Below are positions 27,201-36,269 of a stretch of DNA of 64,000 bases, in pieces. How positions within the stretch are numbered: position 1 is the stretch's first letter; each line of letters begins with the position of its first letter. This stretch comes from Candidatus Doudnabacteria bacterium (GTDB lineage Bacteria; Patescibacteriota; Doudnabacteria; UBA920), in NCBI GenBank assembly GCA_963768175.1, contig CAVYGQ010000001.1, forward strand, positions 702,305-766,304, given 5' to 3'. The notes below the pieces were generated by a model. It searched no databases and was not told where the DNA came from. It saw nothing but the letters and a program-made list of their open reading frames with translations. The translations under genes were made by a program, and so were the position numbers.

Positions 27201-27828
27201 TGGAAATTTTCGTTACCGGCGAATCCGCCATCGGCTCCGAAAAAGTGGCGGTAATCGTCAAAGAGTTCCCGGCCTTGACCGGATTTTTTGAATAGGTAAT
27301 AGCCGCGGTTGGCGGGATAATATCCTGCACAGTAATACTGCCTGCAACCCCAATCGTGGTTACCGCGTTGGCATTTGAGTCAGCGGAAATCGTGTTGGTG
27401 AGTTGAATGGGGACGGAGGTGGCGGTAATGGAACTGGCAAGGGTAAAGGTGGCAACGGATAAAATGCCGCTGCTGATAGCGTTATTGTTAAAACCCGCGA
27501 CGATGCAACGATAATCCCCCGCGGACACCATATTACACTGGGCGCTTTTACTGGCGGCTATGGAAACAGGACCGTCGGCAACACTAACTCCACTTATTTG
27601 GGAAGTGCTATAAATAAAATCCCATTGGGTAGACGAAACATTTGTTAAAACTTGGGAAACATCTATGTTCATGTTCAAACTTACCGGACCGCCCGGCGTG
27701 GCGGTTCCGGTACCCAAAGTTAGTACCGCTTGGTTGGCCGCTAATGCGATATTTTTTAGGCCAAACCCAAAAATAACTGCTACGGCAACGGCAGCGCAAA
27801 TAATGGTTGTTTTCCTCAAATTTGGCAT
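24271..27828 (-). CDS. Giant secreted/surface protein: signal peptide, tandem ~100-aa repeats, multiple fibronectin type III domains, 21-residue poly-Gly linker, conserved C-terminal domain
   Basis: 1185 aa. FN3 signatures (LTW...Y.V.A..N.S). Two near-identical 101-aa repeats. GGGGGGGGGGGGGGGGGGGGG tract. C-terminal domain shares ...SASxFLGLGFKFxxVL... with the 29152-31887 protein. Confidence 0.8.
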   Translation of the reverse strand: MPNLRKTTIICAAVAVAVIFGFGLKNIALAANQAVLTLGTGTATPGGPVSLNMNIDVSQVLTNVSSTQWDFIYSTSQISGVSVADGPVSIAASKSAQCNMVSAGDYRCIVAGFNNNAISSGILSVATFTLASSITATSVPIQLTNTISADSNANAVTTIGVAGSITVQDIIPPTAAITYSKNPVKAGNSLTITATFSEPMADSPVTKISISGANTVGATNMAKTSSTVYTYVYTIGSGNGTATVALSVGTDLAGNPVTSAPTSGATFTVDNTAPTLSIGSPSVATATSGPVSYTVTYTGADTVTLVAGNITLNKTGTASGTVAVSGSGTSTRTVTISSITGDGTLGITIAAGTASDNAGNTAASAGPSTTFTVDNTGPTISIGSPSVSLTRSGPVTFTVTYTSADTVTLANGNITLNKTGTANGTVAVSGNGNSTRTVTISSITGDGTLGITIAAGTASDNAGNTAASAGPSTTFTVDNTAPNNQNTVFAQSISKQSGAAVTIVSSGTASNQVWFAPSGTTTFTAGSTMTMAANGTATSILAPVTTGAYKLYVIDAAGNVSSPSTATLTVDNTPPVITGVASSTSASTATITWTTNELADSQADYGLTASYGSQTTLDNTLVTSHSVSLTGLSANTTYHFRARSHDLAGNLATSSDYTLLTTSTSDSQSPTVPTGLFATVVSGSEIDLTWNASTDNVGVAGYQVFRCQGSSCVPTVQIATSTTNSYGDTGLTTQTAYGYAVAAFDAALNISAKSSAIFATTQANPDITAPSIPTSLSSSAVSSSQINLSWVASTDPTVSGAITSGLAGYKIYRGGSLIASTAQISYSDTSLSPSTTYTYTVSAYDNVGNESAQSLSTSATTQAFSGGGGGGGGGGGGGGGGGGGVPASSSITNLVIQPGDGQVLLTWINPSITYGWVQTVIVRKVGSAAPTSVTDGTQIYSGIGQSFLDTGLVNGTVYSYAIFSQNSSGGYLSSAAGVTTPIAGAGSLTAGANSYVKMCLINDAGTYYLIQNNVRRGITNPGMLYSFGYEFKDAVLDTAAFQALPAGPLLLPNDGALVKSPTDPTVFLISGGAKHGFSSASVFLGLGFKFTSVLVITAPELNQVPLGSIISNPRAAHMAGLDVNFKGTVYWYDGTLLHGYPSVAVYNSWHIDNDFSRVVPANAADGNLQKGSVVTLRQMCQFFSQ
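25186..25248. repeat. (GGN)21 triplet repeat encoding a poly-glycine tract
   Basis: ccgccgccccctccgccgcc... on the plus strand. Confidence 0.8.
26395..27005. repeat. Tandem direct repeat, 2 x ~303 bp, >95% identical, inside the surface-protein gene
   Basis: Segment ggtattatccacggtaaaggttgtggaagggcc[g/a]gcgcttgccgcagtgtttcccgc... occurs at ~26395 and ~26697. Protein repeats TFTVDNT[A/G]PT[L/I]SIGSPSV... Confidence 0.7.
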
Positions 27829-27993
27829 ATTTTTGCCTTAATCAAGCCACTAAATAGATAATCGGGCCTATCTAAACTGTTGTAATTTGTATTATATCAA
27901 GTTAAAAAAATAAGCTACTTTAATAATAATATGGCATTCTTTCTGAAAGGAGAGGCGCAAGCACACGGCCCGCGCCCCACTGCAATCCACGAC

Positions 27994-28494
27994 CTACCGT
28001 TGGGGCTGGAGTGGACGCCGATGCATCCACGCCGGCGTCCTCCGGTAGGCCGGGTTGGTAACCTGCCCACCCACCCCGAGGAGGCTTAATGCGCTTCCTT
28101 GCGGAGATGAAGCCGAGACCCCGGTGATGGAGAGCGGCACTACAGAGTAACTCTGCGGCAAAACGACTGTCAAGTCGGCCACAACCCCGTTTGCCATCGC
28201 CCCAGCGTTTAAACCACCGAGTAGGCATGTTGTCCTGCCAACCGTCGAGTCGGCAGAACAAATGACCTGCTTACCAGCTGCCAAGGCCATTGGACCCGGC
28301 GACACGGTAATCCTCACGCTCGGCGAGGTCCAGATGGTCCAGAGCAACGCTGATGGACCGCTGCTTGCGCTCAATGTCAACGGAATGACTGCCGTTGAAC
28401 CGGGTGCCGCCGTAGCAGAACCGGCAGACAAGGTTGGCACAAACAAATTAAGGTGCGCAGAGTCGGGACAGTCCACGTGCCGCAGAAAAGTCAT
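27994..28494 (-). CDS. Hypothetical Ala/Ser-rich beta-sandwich-like protein. Possibly the C-terminal part of a frameshifted gene with 28448-29017.
   Basis: 166-aa ORF overlapping the upstream ORF by 47 nt in another frame. ~58% GC. Confidence 0.3.
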   Translation of the reverse strand: MTFLRHVDCPDSAHLNLFVPTLSAGSATAAPGSTAVIPLTLSASSGPSALLWTIWTSPSVRITVSPGPMALAAGKQVICSADSTVGRTTCLLGGLNAGAMANGVVADLTVVLPQSYSVVPLSITGVSASSPQGSALSLLGVGGQVTNPAYRRTPAWMHRRPLQPQR

Positions 28495-29017
28495 ACGTTA
28501 GCGGGATCGTCACTCCGATTTCGCTCGAGTTGCGGCTCTGGGCGGAATTGTCCATCAGCTCCGCCCTAACAACATAGAACCAAGTGTCGCCTGCCGACAC
28601 ATCCTGGTCTAAATAGTTCACCCGCGCCACGGGAGAGGAGTTTAACGGGTCAACATACGGCCCGCCTGAAGTTGTGGACCTATATATGCTGTACTGACAG
28701 CAAGTCACTCCCCCATCATCACTCGAACTGTCTGTCCAAGTGAGGGCAACCTCGTGGCTCCCGTCACTCAAGATACAGTCTGACAGCCCCAAGGCAGAGT
28801 TAACAACCCTCTGCACCGTTACGGCGTTGCATACGCCAACGCCGTTGATGCTGGCCGTACATGGCAATATGACAATTGCCATGTTGATTGTCCGTTGGAC
28901 GTCAACGACGTCCACGGACCCGTACGGCAGGGCCACATCGCACGCGTTGATCTGCGCGCAAGCTGTACCACAACAGGCCGCCGCCATGAACAACAAGGCA
29001 ATCCATCTCGTTGCCAT
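28448..29017 (-). CDS. Secreted protein with dockerin-like duplicated segment and FN3 domain
   Basis: Signal peptide MATRWIALLFMAAACCGTACA. Duplicated SVDVVDVQRTINMAI / CNAVTVQRVVNSALG, dockerin-like helix pairs. FN3 LTWTD...YSIYRS...YVVRA. GC-rich. Confidence 0.45.
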   Translation of the reverse strand: MATRWIALLFMAAACCGTACAQINACDVALPYGSVDVVDVQRTINMAIVILPCTASINGVGVCNAVTVQRVVNSALGLSDCILSDGSHEVALTWTDSSSDDGGVTCCQYSIYRSTTSGGPYVDPLNSSPVARVNYLDQDVSAGDTWFYVVRAELMDNSAQSRNSSEIGVTIPLTYDFSAARGLSRLCAP

Positions 29018-29151
29018 CTCAAACCCTCCTTCAACCGATAACCTATTATACCAAGAGCCTTAAAAAACTTCAACAAACTACTTAAATACAGGCAATTTAA
29101 AATCCCGCCCCGAGCGAAGTCGAGGAGCGGGATTTGCGAATTAAATTCAAC

Positions 29152-31887
29152 TTATTGCATCCTTGAATCTCCGGAAGTCATAGCAGAAAGCATGGGCAGG
29201 CGGAAATCATAAGAGTTGGCCGAGACGATGAAGCTGGCCTGTCCGCCGTTGTTTAGGAAAGTGTTCCAGTCGGGAACCGGGATAAGTCCGCTTTGATGGA
29301 CAAAATACACGGTACTGCCGCTCTTTATCCAACTGCCCCAAGGGTGTTGGGTATATGAAGTAGTAACGGTATAGCCGGAATCAACAAGGCCAGAACTGCC
29401 AACCTGTAAAACGTTGCCGAATTTAAAACCTAAACCCAAAAAGGCGGATGCGCTGGCAAACGCGGTCTTGGTATTTTTATAAACTATGTAAACCGTAGGG
29501 CCTTCGGCAATAAGCTGGCCGTTTGAATAAGTACTCGCGCCAAGCACGTTACTGGTGCCTCCCGGATACTGCAGGCCGTTTCCACTGCCGTTGTTGTAGT
29601 TGTAGGGGTAACCGCCATTATAAGAATAGCCGCTGCCGACCGTAACATATAAGTCCGGACAAGAATTGGCATTGTTCTGGCAAATCTGTAAAGTGGAACT
29701 GCCATTGGTAATGGCGTAGATATTTATTACGCTACCGTTAAAGCTCGCGCTAACCACTCCGGGGTTGCTGTTTTGGGCAATGTAATATCCATAACCGCCG
29801 TTGCCAGAAACATTTACCGTGGCACTTTGACCAATGTTCAAACCTAAAGAATATTGACTTAAAGTAATGTTGCCGTTATTGATAAAATTAACCGTAACAT
29901 AAACTGTGGCGCACTGGCCAGAATTAATGCCGCACAAAACTATTGAGCTGCTGCCGGAAGTTTGTCCGTAAAAAGTAGCCTGGTTACCCGAAACGCTAAC
30001 GGAAACTACGTAGGAATTGCTGTTGGAAGAAACATAAATAGACGGCGCATTGTAAGCCGTAACTGCCATGCTTTGTCCCTGGTTTAAACTAATGCTGGTC
30101 TGGCTTAAAGACAGGCTGCCGGTACCGTAATAATAAGACCCGCCGCCCACGGTTACATAAAGCGTGCCACAAAAACCCAAAGCGGAACTACAAACGGTAA
30201 TATTGCTGGAACCTGTTTGGTTAGCGTACAAATTCAGCACCGTGCCAGAAATACTGGCGGAAACTGCACTGGAGTTGCTGTTGGAAGAAATATAATACGC
30301 GGTATTGTTATAAAGATAATTCGTGGAATATGCGCTGCTGTTTATGGAAACCGCCAGGCTTTGGCCAACGTACAAATTGGGATTGCCAGGGCTGAACCAT
30401 AAGTTGGTATTGGCTCCCAAAACCCCGCTTACCGTTACATATAAAGTCGCGCAGGAACTGCTATAAGAGCTCTGACAAACTATGATACTGGTGTTGCCGG
30501 AACTTAAGGCACTGACATACAAACTGTTTCCGGAAATGCTGGCCGAAGCCACGGAAGAGTTGGAATTGCTGGTAACATAATAACTGCCGTATGAATTGTT
30601 GTTGTTGTAAATGGAAACCGTGGAATTTTGACCGACACTTAAACTTAGGCTGGTCGGGCTTAAAGAAATACTGCCACCGTAATAAGACCCGCCGCTCACG
30701 GTCACATAAAGATAGCCGCAATAAGAAGAATTTTGGCAAACTGTTATAGTGCTGCTCCCTGTGCTACCCGCCAGCAAATACAGCGTACTGCCGCTAAGGC
30801 TGGCGGAAACCACGCTGGAATTGGAATTGTTAGAAATGTAAAGAGAACTGCCAAGATACGCGGCATTAACAAAAACCGTGGAACTTTGGCCCACCGCCAA
30901 ATTTACCGAACTAGGACTAAAAGTAATTGTGCCATAATTTCCGCCGCCGCCCACTGTAACGTATAAAGTGGCGCAAACGCTGCTGCTTGAGCATATGCTA
31001 ATATTTGTAGACCCGGACGCCAACCCGTAAACATTTATTTGGTTGCCGGAAACAGAAGCCGAAGCAACATAAGAATTGGAATTGTTGGAAATATAGAAGC
31101 TGTTGCTATAGCCGTAAACCGGATAATTTGCGGTTACCGAGGCACTTTGGCCGACACTTAGCCCCAAACTGGTTTGGCTCAAAGTTAATCCGCCCACGCT
31201 GCAGCCGTAATAGCCGCAGCTGCCGCCGGAAACCGTTACATATAAACTGCCGCAGGTACTGCCGCCGCTCAAACAAACAGTAATCGTATCAGATCCGGTG
31301 CCGCTACCGGTAACAGTCATTTGATAACCGCTAATGTACGCGGATGCTACTGCCGAGTTGCTATTGCTGGAAATATAAGGAGCATAGGCCGACATATTCA
31401 CGCCGCTGGAAATCGAAACCGTACCGGATTGTCCCGTACTCAAATTCAGGCTAGAAGGATTCAGGGTCAGTCCGCCCACGCTGCAGCCGTAATAGCCGCA
31501 ACCACTGCCGTAGTATCCGCTGCCGTAGTATCCGCTGCCGTTGGAATAAACCGAAACCGTGGAAGACTGCAGACCGCCGACTATCACATACATTTGGATA
31601 GGATTACTGCTGCCGTCGCTAGGCATGCTAACAACCTGGGTAAAATAACCGTTGCCGTCTGTTTGGCCAATGTTATTCACCACAGTCCATAAAGAGGTGG
31701 TTTGCCGGCTGTAAAGGTTAATTTGCGAAAAAGAATTTGCATTGCTAATGCTAATTTGCACATTGCCAGAACTTCCTCCCTGATAGCTGGCCGAAAGTAT
31801 TGGCGTAGATGCCAAAGCAGGTGTGGCAAAGCCTATAAAAAGGCTTATAAACAAGACAAAAACTAAACTTTTTGACAATTTTGTCAT
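29152..31887 (-). CDS. Large surface protein with ~9 tandem bacterial Ig-like (Big_2) domains and a conserved C-terminal domain
   Basis: 911 aa. Signal peptide. Repeated module ...L[ST]LS..SL.L..GQS..V......YISSNSNS.VASASISG..L.....GS..ITVC......C.TLYVTV (Big_2 pattern). Ser/Gly/Tyr-rich. The C-terminal ~130 aa is homologous to the C-terminus of the 24271-27828 protein. Confidence 0.8.
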   Translation of the reverse strand: MTKLSKSLVFVLFISLFIGFATPALASTPILSASYQGGSSGNVQISISNANSFSQINLYSRQTTSLWTVVNNIGQTDGNGYFTQVVSMPSDGSSNPIQMYVIVGGLQSSTVSVYSNGSGYYGSGYYGSGCGYYGCSVGGLTLNPSSLNLSTGQSGTVSISSGVNMSAYAPYISSNSNSAVASAYISGYQMTVTGSGTGSDTITVCLSGGSTCGSLYVTVSGGSCGYYGCSVGGLTLSQTSLGLSVGQSASVTANYPVYGYSNSFYISNNSNSYVASASVSGNQINVYGLASGSTNISICSSSSVCATLYVTVGGGGNYGTITFSPSSVNLAVGQSSTVFVNAAYLGSSLYISNNSNSSVVSASLSGSTLYLLAGSTGSSTITVCQNSSYCGYLYVTVSGGSYYGGSISLSPTSLSLSVGQNSTVSIYNNNNSYGSYYVTSNSNSSVASASISGNSLYVSALSSGNTSIIVCQSSYSSSCATLYVTVSGVLGANTNLWFSPGNPNLYVGQSLAVSINSSAYSTNYLYNNTAYYISSNSNSSAVSASISGTVLNLYANQTGSSNITVCSSALGFCGTLYVTVGGGSYYYGTGSLSLSQTSISLNQGQSMAVTAYNAPSIYVSSNSNSYVVSVSVSGNQATFYGQTSGSSSIVLCGINSGQCATVYVTVNFINNGNITLSQYSLGLNIGQSATVNVSGNGGYGYYIAQNSNPGVVSASFNGSVINIYAITNGSSTLQICQNNANSCPDLYVTVGSGYSYNGGYPYNYNNGSGNGLQYPGGTSNVLGASTYSNGQLIAEGPTVYIVYKNTKTAFASASAFLGLGFKFGNVLQVGSSGLVDSGYTVTTSYTQHPWGSWIKSGSTVYFVHQSGLIPVPDWNTFLNNGGQASFIVSANSYDFRLPMLSAMTSGDSRMQ

Positions 31888-32089
31888 ATATCAAAAATTT
31901 AAATTATTAATGTTGGACTTTATATTATTATCCTTTTATATTGAGTTGTCAATGTTATTTTAAAAAATATTTTTATAAAATAATTCCTCTAATAAGTCAA
32001 ATAAGTCAAATTTAAACAGCTGGATACTCTCTCACAATTAGAGAGTGCCCATCTTAATGTCTGCGTTATACGCCCCATCTGCTACCATT

Positions 32090-33448
32090 CTACATTTTTT
32101 CTATAATTCTCTGCGCAGCTAAAATGTAGGCGGCAACCCGGAAAGTGGTATGGTATTTATTTTTCACCGCTAAAACATCGACGTAAGCCTGCTTGATTTG
32201 TGCGGATAGTTTTTGCAACACCTGCTCTTTGCCCCATTTTTCATTATGCATATTTTGATACCATTCATAATAACTGACGCACACGCCGCCGCTGTTGGCT
32301 AAAATGTCGGGAATAACCGTGATGTTTTTTGTGGCAAAAACCATGTCGGCAGCCGGCGTGGTCGGACCATTGGCCATTTCCACAATTAACTTGGCTTTAA
32401 TTTTTGCGGCATTGTCCCCGGTTAAGACATTTTCCAAAGCCGCGGGAACCAAGACGTCCACGGGCAACTGCAAAAGTTCTTCATTGGAAATATTTTTTGC
32501 CCCCGCGAAATTTTTTAGCGCACCGGTGGATTTTTTGTGCGCCAGAACCTTTTCAAAATTCAAACCGTCCGGATTATAAATGCCCCCTTTGGAGTCCGAC
32601 AGGGCCACAACTTTAAACCCCCGTTTTTCCGCCGCCTGCGCAAAGAAGGTGGAGACATTGCCAAAACCCTGTACGGCAATGCCGGCATTTTTTGCCAAGT
32701 CCACGACTTTGCTTTTAACCACTTCCTCAAAAACATACATCCCGCCAAAACCCGTAGCCTCTTCCCTACCCTGGCTGCCGCCGTTATCCAAAGATTTACC
32801 GGTAAACCCAGCACCAAAATTCCTTAACCAATAAGCCGTTTTACATTGAGCTGGGGTGTCTTTTTTATCTAAATATTCTTGATATTCCTGATTTTGGTGC
32901 TGGGTAAACGTGGCCATGGATTTTTTTCCCGAACACTTTTGGTATTCATCCAACATCCAGCCCATAATTTGTCCGGTGGTATTTACGTCCGGCGCCGGCA
33001 CATCCATTTCCGGACCGATAATCGGGTAAATTTTTCTAACATAACCACAGCTTAAGCGCTCCAGCTCGCCCACCGACAGTTCTTTGGGGTTAACAATAAT
33101 CCCGCCTTTGCCCCCGCCAAACGGCACGTTGACCACGGCGTTTTTAAAAGACATCCAAAAACTCAACGCCCGGACTTCGTCCAAATTCACCTGTTGGTGA
33201 TAGCGGATGCCGCCTTTGTAAGGGCCGCGCGCGTTATTATGCTGGCTGCGGAAACCAGTAAATACTTTTTGCTCGCCCGAATCCATTTTTACTGGAATGG
33301 AAACTTCCACGTAGCGGTCCGGACTTTTTAACTGCTCAATTTTGTCTTTATCCAATTTTGCTGTTTCTGCGGCTTTCTGTAATTGCTCCTTAGCCGTCTC
33401 AAACGGGTTGATGGCCATGGTAGATTTAAGACCCGCCTTGGCTCGCAA
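32090..33448 (-). CDS. gdhA: Glutamate dehydrogenase
   Basis: Catalytic motif PFGGGKGG; ELFV-type dehydrogenase architecture; 452 aa. Confidence 0.9.
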   Translation of the reverse strand: MRAKAGLKSTMAINPFETAKEQLQKAAETAKLDKDKIEQLKSPDRYVEVSIPVKMDSGEQKVFTGFRSQHNNARGPYKGGIRYHQQVNLDEVRALSFWMSFKNAVVNVPFGGGKGGIIVNPKELSVGELERLSCGYVRKIYPIIGPEMDVPAPDVNTTGQIMGWMLDEYQKCSGKKSMATFTQHQNQEYQEYLDKKDTPAQCKTAYWLRNFGAGFTGKSLDNGGSQGREEATGFGGMYVFEEVVKSKVVDLAKNAGIAVQGFGNVSTFFAQAAEKRGFKVVALSDSKGGIYNPDGLNFEKVLAHKKSTGALKNFAGAKNISNEELLQLPVDVLVPAALENVLTGDNAAKIKAKLIVEMANGPTTPAADMVFATKNITVIPDILANSGGVCVSYYEWYQNMHNEKWGKEQVLQKLSAQIKQAYVDVLAVKNKYHTTFRVAAYILAAQRIIEKM

Positions 33449-33487
33449 GGCGAGGCAGGTTAATGATTTATGATTTATGATTTAAGA

Positions 33488-34465
33488 TTAAACTCCTTTT
33501 TCGCTTTCTAAAATCGGCTGATTAAAGCTGCCGCTGGTTAACACCAAAGCGGTGACTGATGCTAATAATACCAAAGCGCCAACAATTTGCCAAACATTCA
33601 GGGTGATCCCTAAAAATTTCCAGTTCACTACGGTTAAAGCCAAAGGATAGCCTAATTCCATCAACGTTGCTACCGAAGCTTTGGTAAAACGCAGCCCATA
33701 ATAATATAGCCACAAAGAAAAAAACCCTGTTACCAAAGCGATGATGGTGACATTGCGCCAGAACAGCGGAGTCATGGCGCCAAACTGAAAATGGTAAAAA
33801 ACACCAACATAAAAGGTCAAAAAAATCAGGCCAAAAACAAAGCGCATGCCGTTGACCAGTTGCACGTCGATGTTTGACATCAAAGAACGCCCGACCACGG
33901 TGCCGGCGGCCCATAAAATTGCCGCGCCCACGGCCAGGGCCGGCCCTAAAAGGCTTAAGTGCCCGCCCGCGCGCCACAACCCCGCCGGGCTGGCCCAGCC
34001 AAACGTTACCAGGTAAGCGCCGCCTAAAGCCGGCACGGCAAACAGCCAAAACTTTGGCGAAAGTTTTTCCTTTAAAAAAATTACGGCTAAACTTATGGCA
34101 AACAACGGCTGGAGTTTTTGCAGCAAAGCGGCCACGGTAAAATTATAGTTCATAGTTACCGCAGCCTGGACATAAAGCAACGCGCCCAAAGCCGAAGCTC
34201 CAGCGCCAATATAAAACAGCCCGACCCATTGTTTAAAAGTCAACTTTTTAAAACCCCAACGCTTGCTGATTAAACCCGGCAAACTGACAATGCTGTTCAG
34301 CAGGTGTTCCAAAAACCCGACAAAAGGAACCGACAGCCCGCCGAGTAGCAGCGGCTCCCTAAACGGCGCATCCCCCGCCCAAAACAGGGAAGACAAAAAA
34401 ACTATCAGCGGTCCCTTTTTCTTAGTTTCCATATTTTCCTTTGTTGCAATAAAATGCGGTCGCAT
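33488..34465 (-). CDS. EamA/DMT-family transporter
   Basis: ~10 TM helices, duplicated EamA-like halves. Confidence 0.7.
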   Translation of the reverse strand: MRPHFIATKENMETKKKGPLIVFLSSLFWAGDAPFREPLLLGGLSVPFVGFLEHLLNSIVSLPGLISKRWGFKKLTFKQWVGLFYIGAGASALGALLYVQAAVTMNYNFTVAALLQKLQPLFAISLAVIFLKEKLSPKFWLFAVPALGGAYLVTFGWASPAGLWRAGGHLSLLGPALAVGAAILWAAGTVVGRSLMSNIDVQLVNGMRFVFGLIFLTFYVGVFYHFQFGAMTPLFWRNVTIIALVTGFFSLWLYYYGLRFTKASVATLMELGYPLALTVVNWKFLGITLNVWQIVGALVLLASVTALVLTSGSFNQPILESEKGV

Positions 34466-34466
34466 T

Positions 34467-34850
34467 TTATTGCAACAACTTATTTATTACTTTAAGGTCT
34501 TGACGAATTTGCTTTTTTAAAACATCGGCCGAATAAAATTTCCTAAACGGCCGGATATATTTTTGCAAACTGATGATGATCTTTTTACCGTAAAGGTTGC
34601 CTTTAAAATTTAATAAATGCGCTTCAATTTTTGGTAAACCGGTTTTATCAAGAGGACCAATAATTATCGCCGCGCAATATTTTTTCCGAGATGGAAGTTC
34701 CGCCCAGCCAGCAAAAATCCCCAGTTTAATTTTTAATCCCCTCCTAGAATAATCACGCCTGTCTAGATTTGCCGTGGGAAAACCCAAAGTTTTACCATAA
34801 TGTTGACCATGCAATACCTTGCCTGATATTTTGATTACTCCATGTTTCAT
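34467..34850 (-). CDS. Riboflavin kinase (monofunctional flavokinase domain)
   Basis: GKTLGFPTANL motif; 127 aa. Confidence 0.7.
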   Translation of the reverse strand: MKHGVIKISGKVLHGQHYGKTLGFPTANLDRRDYSRRGLKIKLGIFAGWAELPSRKKYCAAIIIGPLDKTGLPKIEAHLLNFKGNLYGKKIIISLQKYIRPFRKFYSADVLKKQIRQDLKVINKLLQ

Positions 34851-34967
34851 GTCTCATGCTCCATGTTTTATGATTCATGTTCCGCCAAATATTTTTCTAT
34901 GCCCCCTCCTTCGCCAAGGCTACGGAGGGCGAGCCCACATCAAACAAGTTCAGTTGTTAATAAAAGT

Positions 34968-35900
34968 TTATTTTTCTTGCTCCGACAACCACTTCTCAAC
35001 ATCCAGCGCAGCCATGCAACCTATGCCGGCGGCGGATACGGCCTGGCGGTAGCGGTAGTCCTGCACATCGCCGGCCACAAATACGCCTTCAATGTTTGTT
35101 CGGGTATTATTTTTTACCACAATATAGCCTTTTTGGTCAACTTCCACGCCGGCTGAGGCAAAAATTTTGGTGCTGGGCGTGTGGCCAATTGCCACGAACA
35201 AACCCTGTACGGGCAATATCGTTTCTTGCCTGGACGAATTATCTTTAATCTTTAATCCTTCAACCGATTTTTCTCCCAATACTTCAATAATTGTAGCATC
35301 AGTAACAAATTTTATTTTAGGGTTGTCCTGCGCCCGCTTTAGCATAATTTTGGAAGCGCGGAACTCAGGGCGGCGGTGCACAATAGTAACGGTAGTGGCG
35401 AATTTGGTCAAAAAATTGGCCTCTTCCATGGCAGCGTCTCCCCCGCCGGCAACGACCAAGTCTTTACCTTTAAAAAAGAACCCGTCGCAGGTGGCGCAGG
35501 CACTGACACCTTTGCCGCGGAGCCTTTGCTCGTTCGGCAAGCCCAGCCAGTTGGCATCTGCGCCCGTGGCAATAATTACGGTTTTAGCCTGATATTCGGC
35601 TTTAGCGGTTTTAATAAAAAAAGGCTGGCGGCCAAAATCCGCACTTTCCACGTTTTCCTGTTTGATATCGGCGCCAAAACGCTTGGCCTGCTGCATCATA
35701 TTTTCCATCAGATGCGGACCTAAAATGCCTTCGGGAAAACCGGGAAAATTTTCCACTTCCGTGGTGTCCATCAGCTGGCCTCCAGGCTTTGACCCCGCTA
35801 TCACCAACGGCTTTAATTCCGCCCGCGCGGCATATAAGGCTGCAGTCAGCCCGGCCGGTCCACTGCCGATAATTATAGTATTGTAGATATTATTTTCCAT
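34968..35900 (-). CDS. trxB: Thioredoxin reductase
   Basis: GSGPAG FAD motif, redox-active CATCDG, NAD(P) site GGGDAAMEEA. Confidence 0.9.
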   Translation of the reverse strand: MENNIYNTIIIGSGPAGLTAALYAARAELKPLVIAGSKPGGQLMDTTEVENFPGFPEGILGPHLMENMMQQAKRFGADIKQENVESADFGRQPFFIKTAKAEYQAKTVIIATGADANWLGLPNEQRLRGKGVSACATCDGFFFKGKDLVVAGGGDAAMEEANFLTKFATTVTIVHRRPEFRASKIMLKRAQDNPKIKFVTDATIIEVLGEKSVEGLKIKDNSSRQETILPVQGLFVAIGHTPSTKIFASAGVEVDQKGYIVVKNNTRTNIEGVFVAGDVQDYRYRQAVSAAGIGCMAALDVEKWLSEQEK

Positions 35901-35901
35901 A

Positions 35902-36189
35902 CTAATTGGTTTTAGAATAAAGATTTATCAATTCGACAATGGCCTTTTTCCGTTTGTTGGAATTTTTGCTGTGTACCGCGTCCCAGGCGCAAATACCCAG
36001 ATGGCCGCTTAGTATTTTTTGGTTAATTTTCCGCAAAGCCTCTATGACGGCGTGGTTTTGGTTAATAATATCCAGGCAATAAGCCCCATCCTCCACCATT
36101 TTGCTGACCGCTTTTAAGTGGCCACCGGCATAATGCAACCGGTTTAAGATATCTTTCTTATTTTGGTTGGATTTTTGGCTGGCTGGCAT
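35902..36189 (-). CDS. CsoR/RcnR-family metal-sensing transcriptional repressor
   Basis: LKAVSKMVEDGAYCLDIINQNHAVIEAL...H..C pattern. Confidence 0.65.
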   Translation of the reverse strand: MPASQKSNQNKKDILNRLHYAGGHLKAVSKMVEDGAYCLDIINQNHAVIEALRKINQKILSGHLGICAWDAVHSKNSNKRKKAIVELINLYSKTN

Positions 36190-36269
36190 AGTTGTCTTAA
36201 TTAAACCCCCCTATGGGGGGTCTAACTCAAGTATAGCCGCCGGCCTTAAGCTTGTCAAATACAAAAAAA

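Noticed and set aside
33522-34140. 175-aa minus-strand and 88-aa plus-strand Arg-rich ORFs
   Set aside because: They overlap the EamA transporter gene in other frames. They have an Arg/Gly-rich composition typical of out-of-frame GC-biased artefacts.
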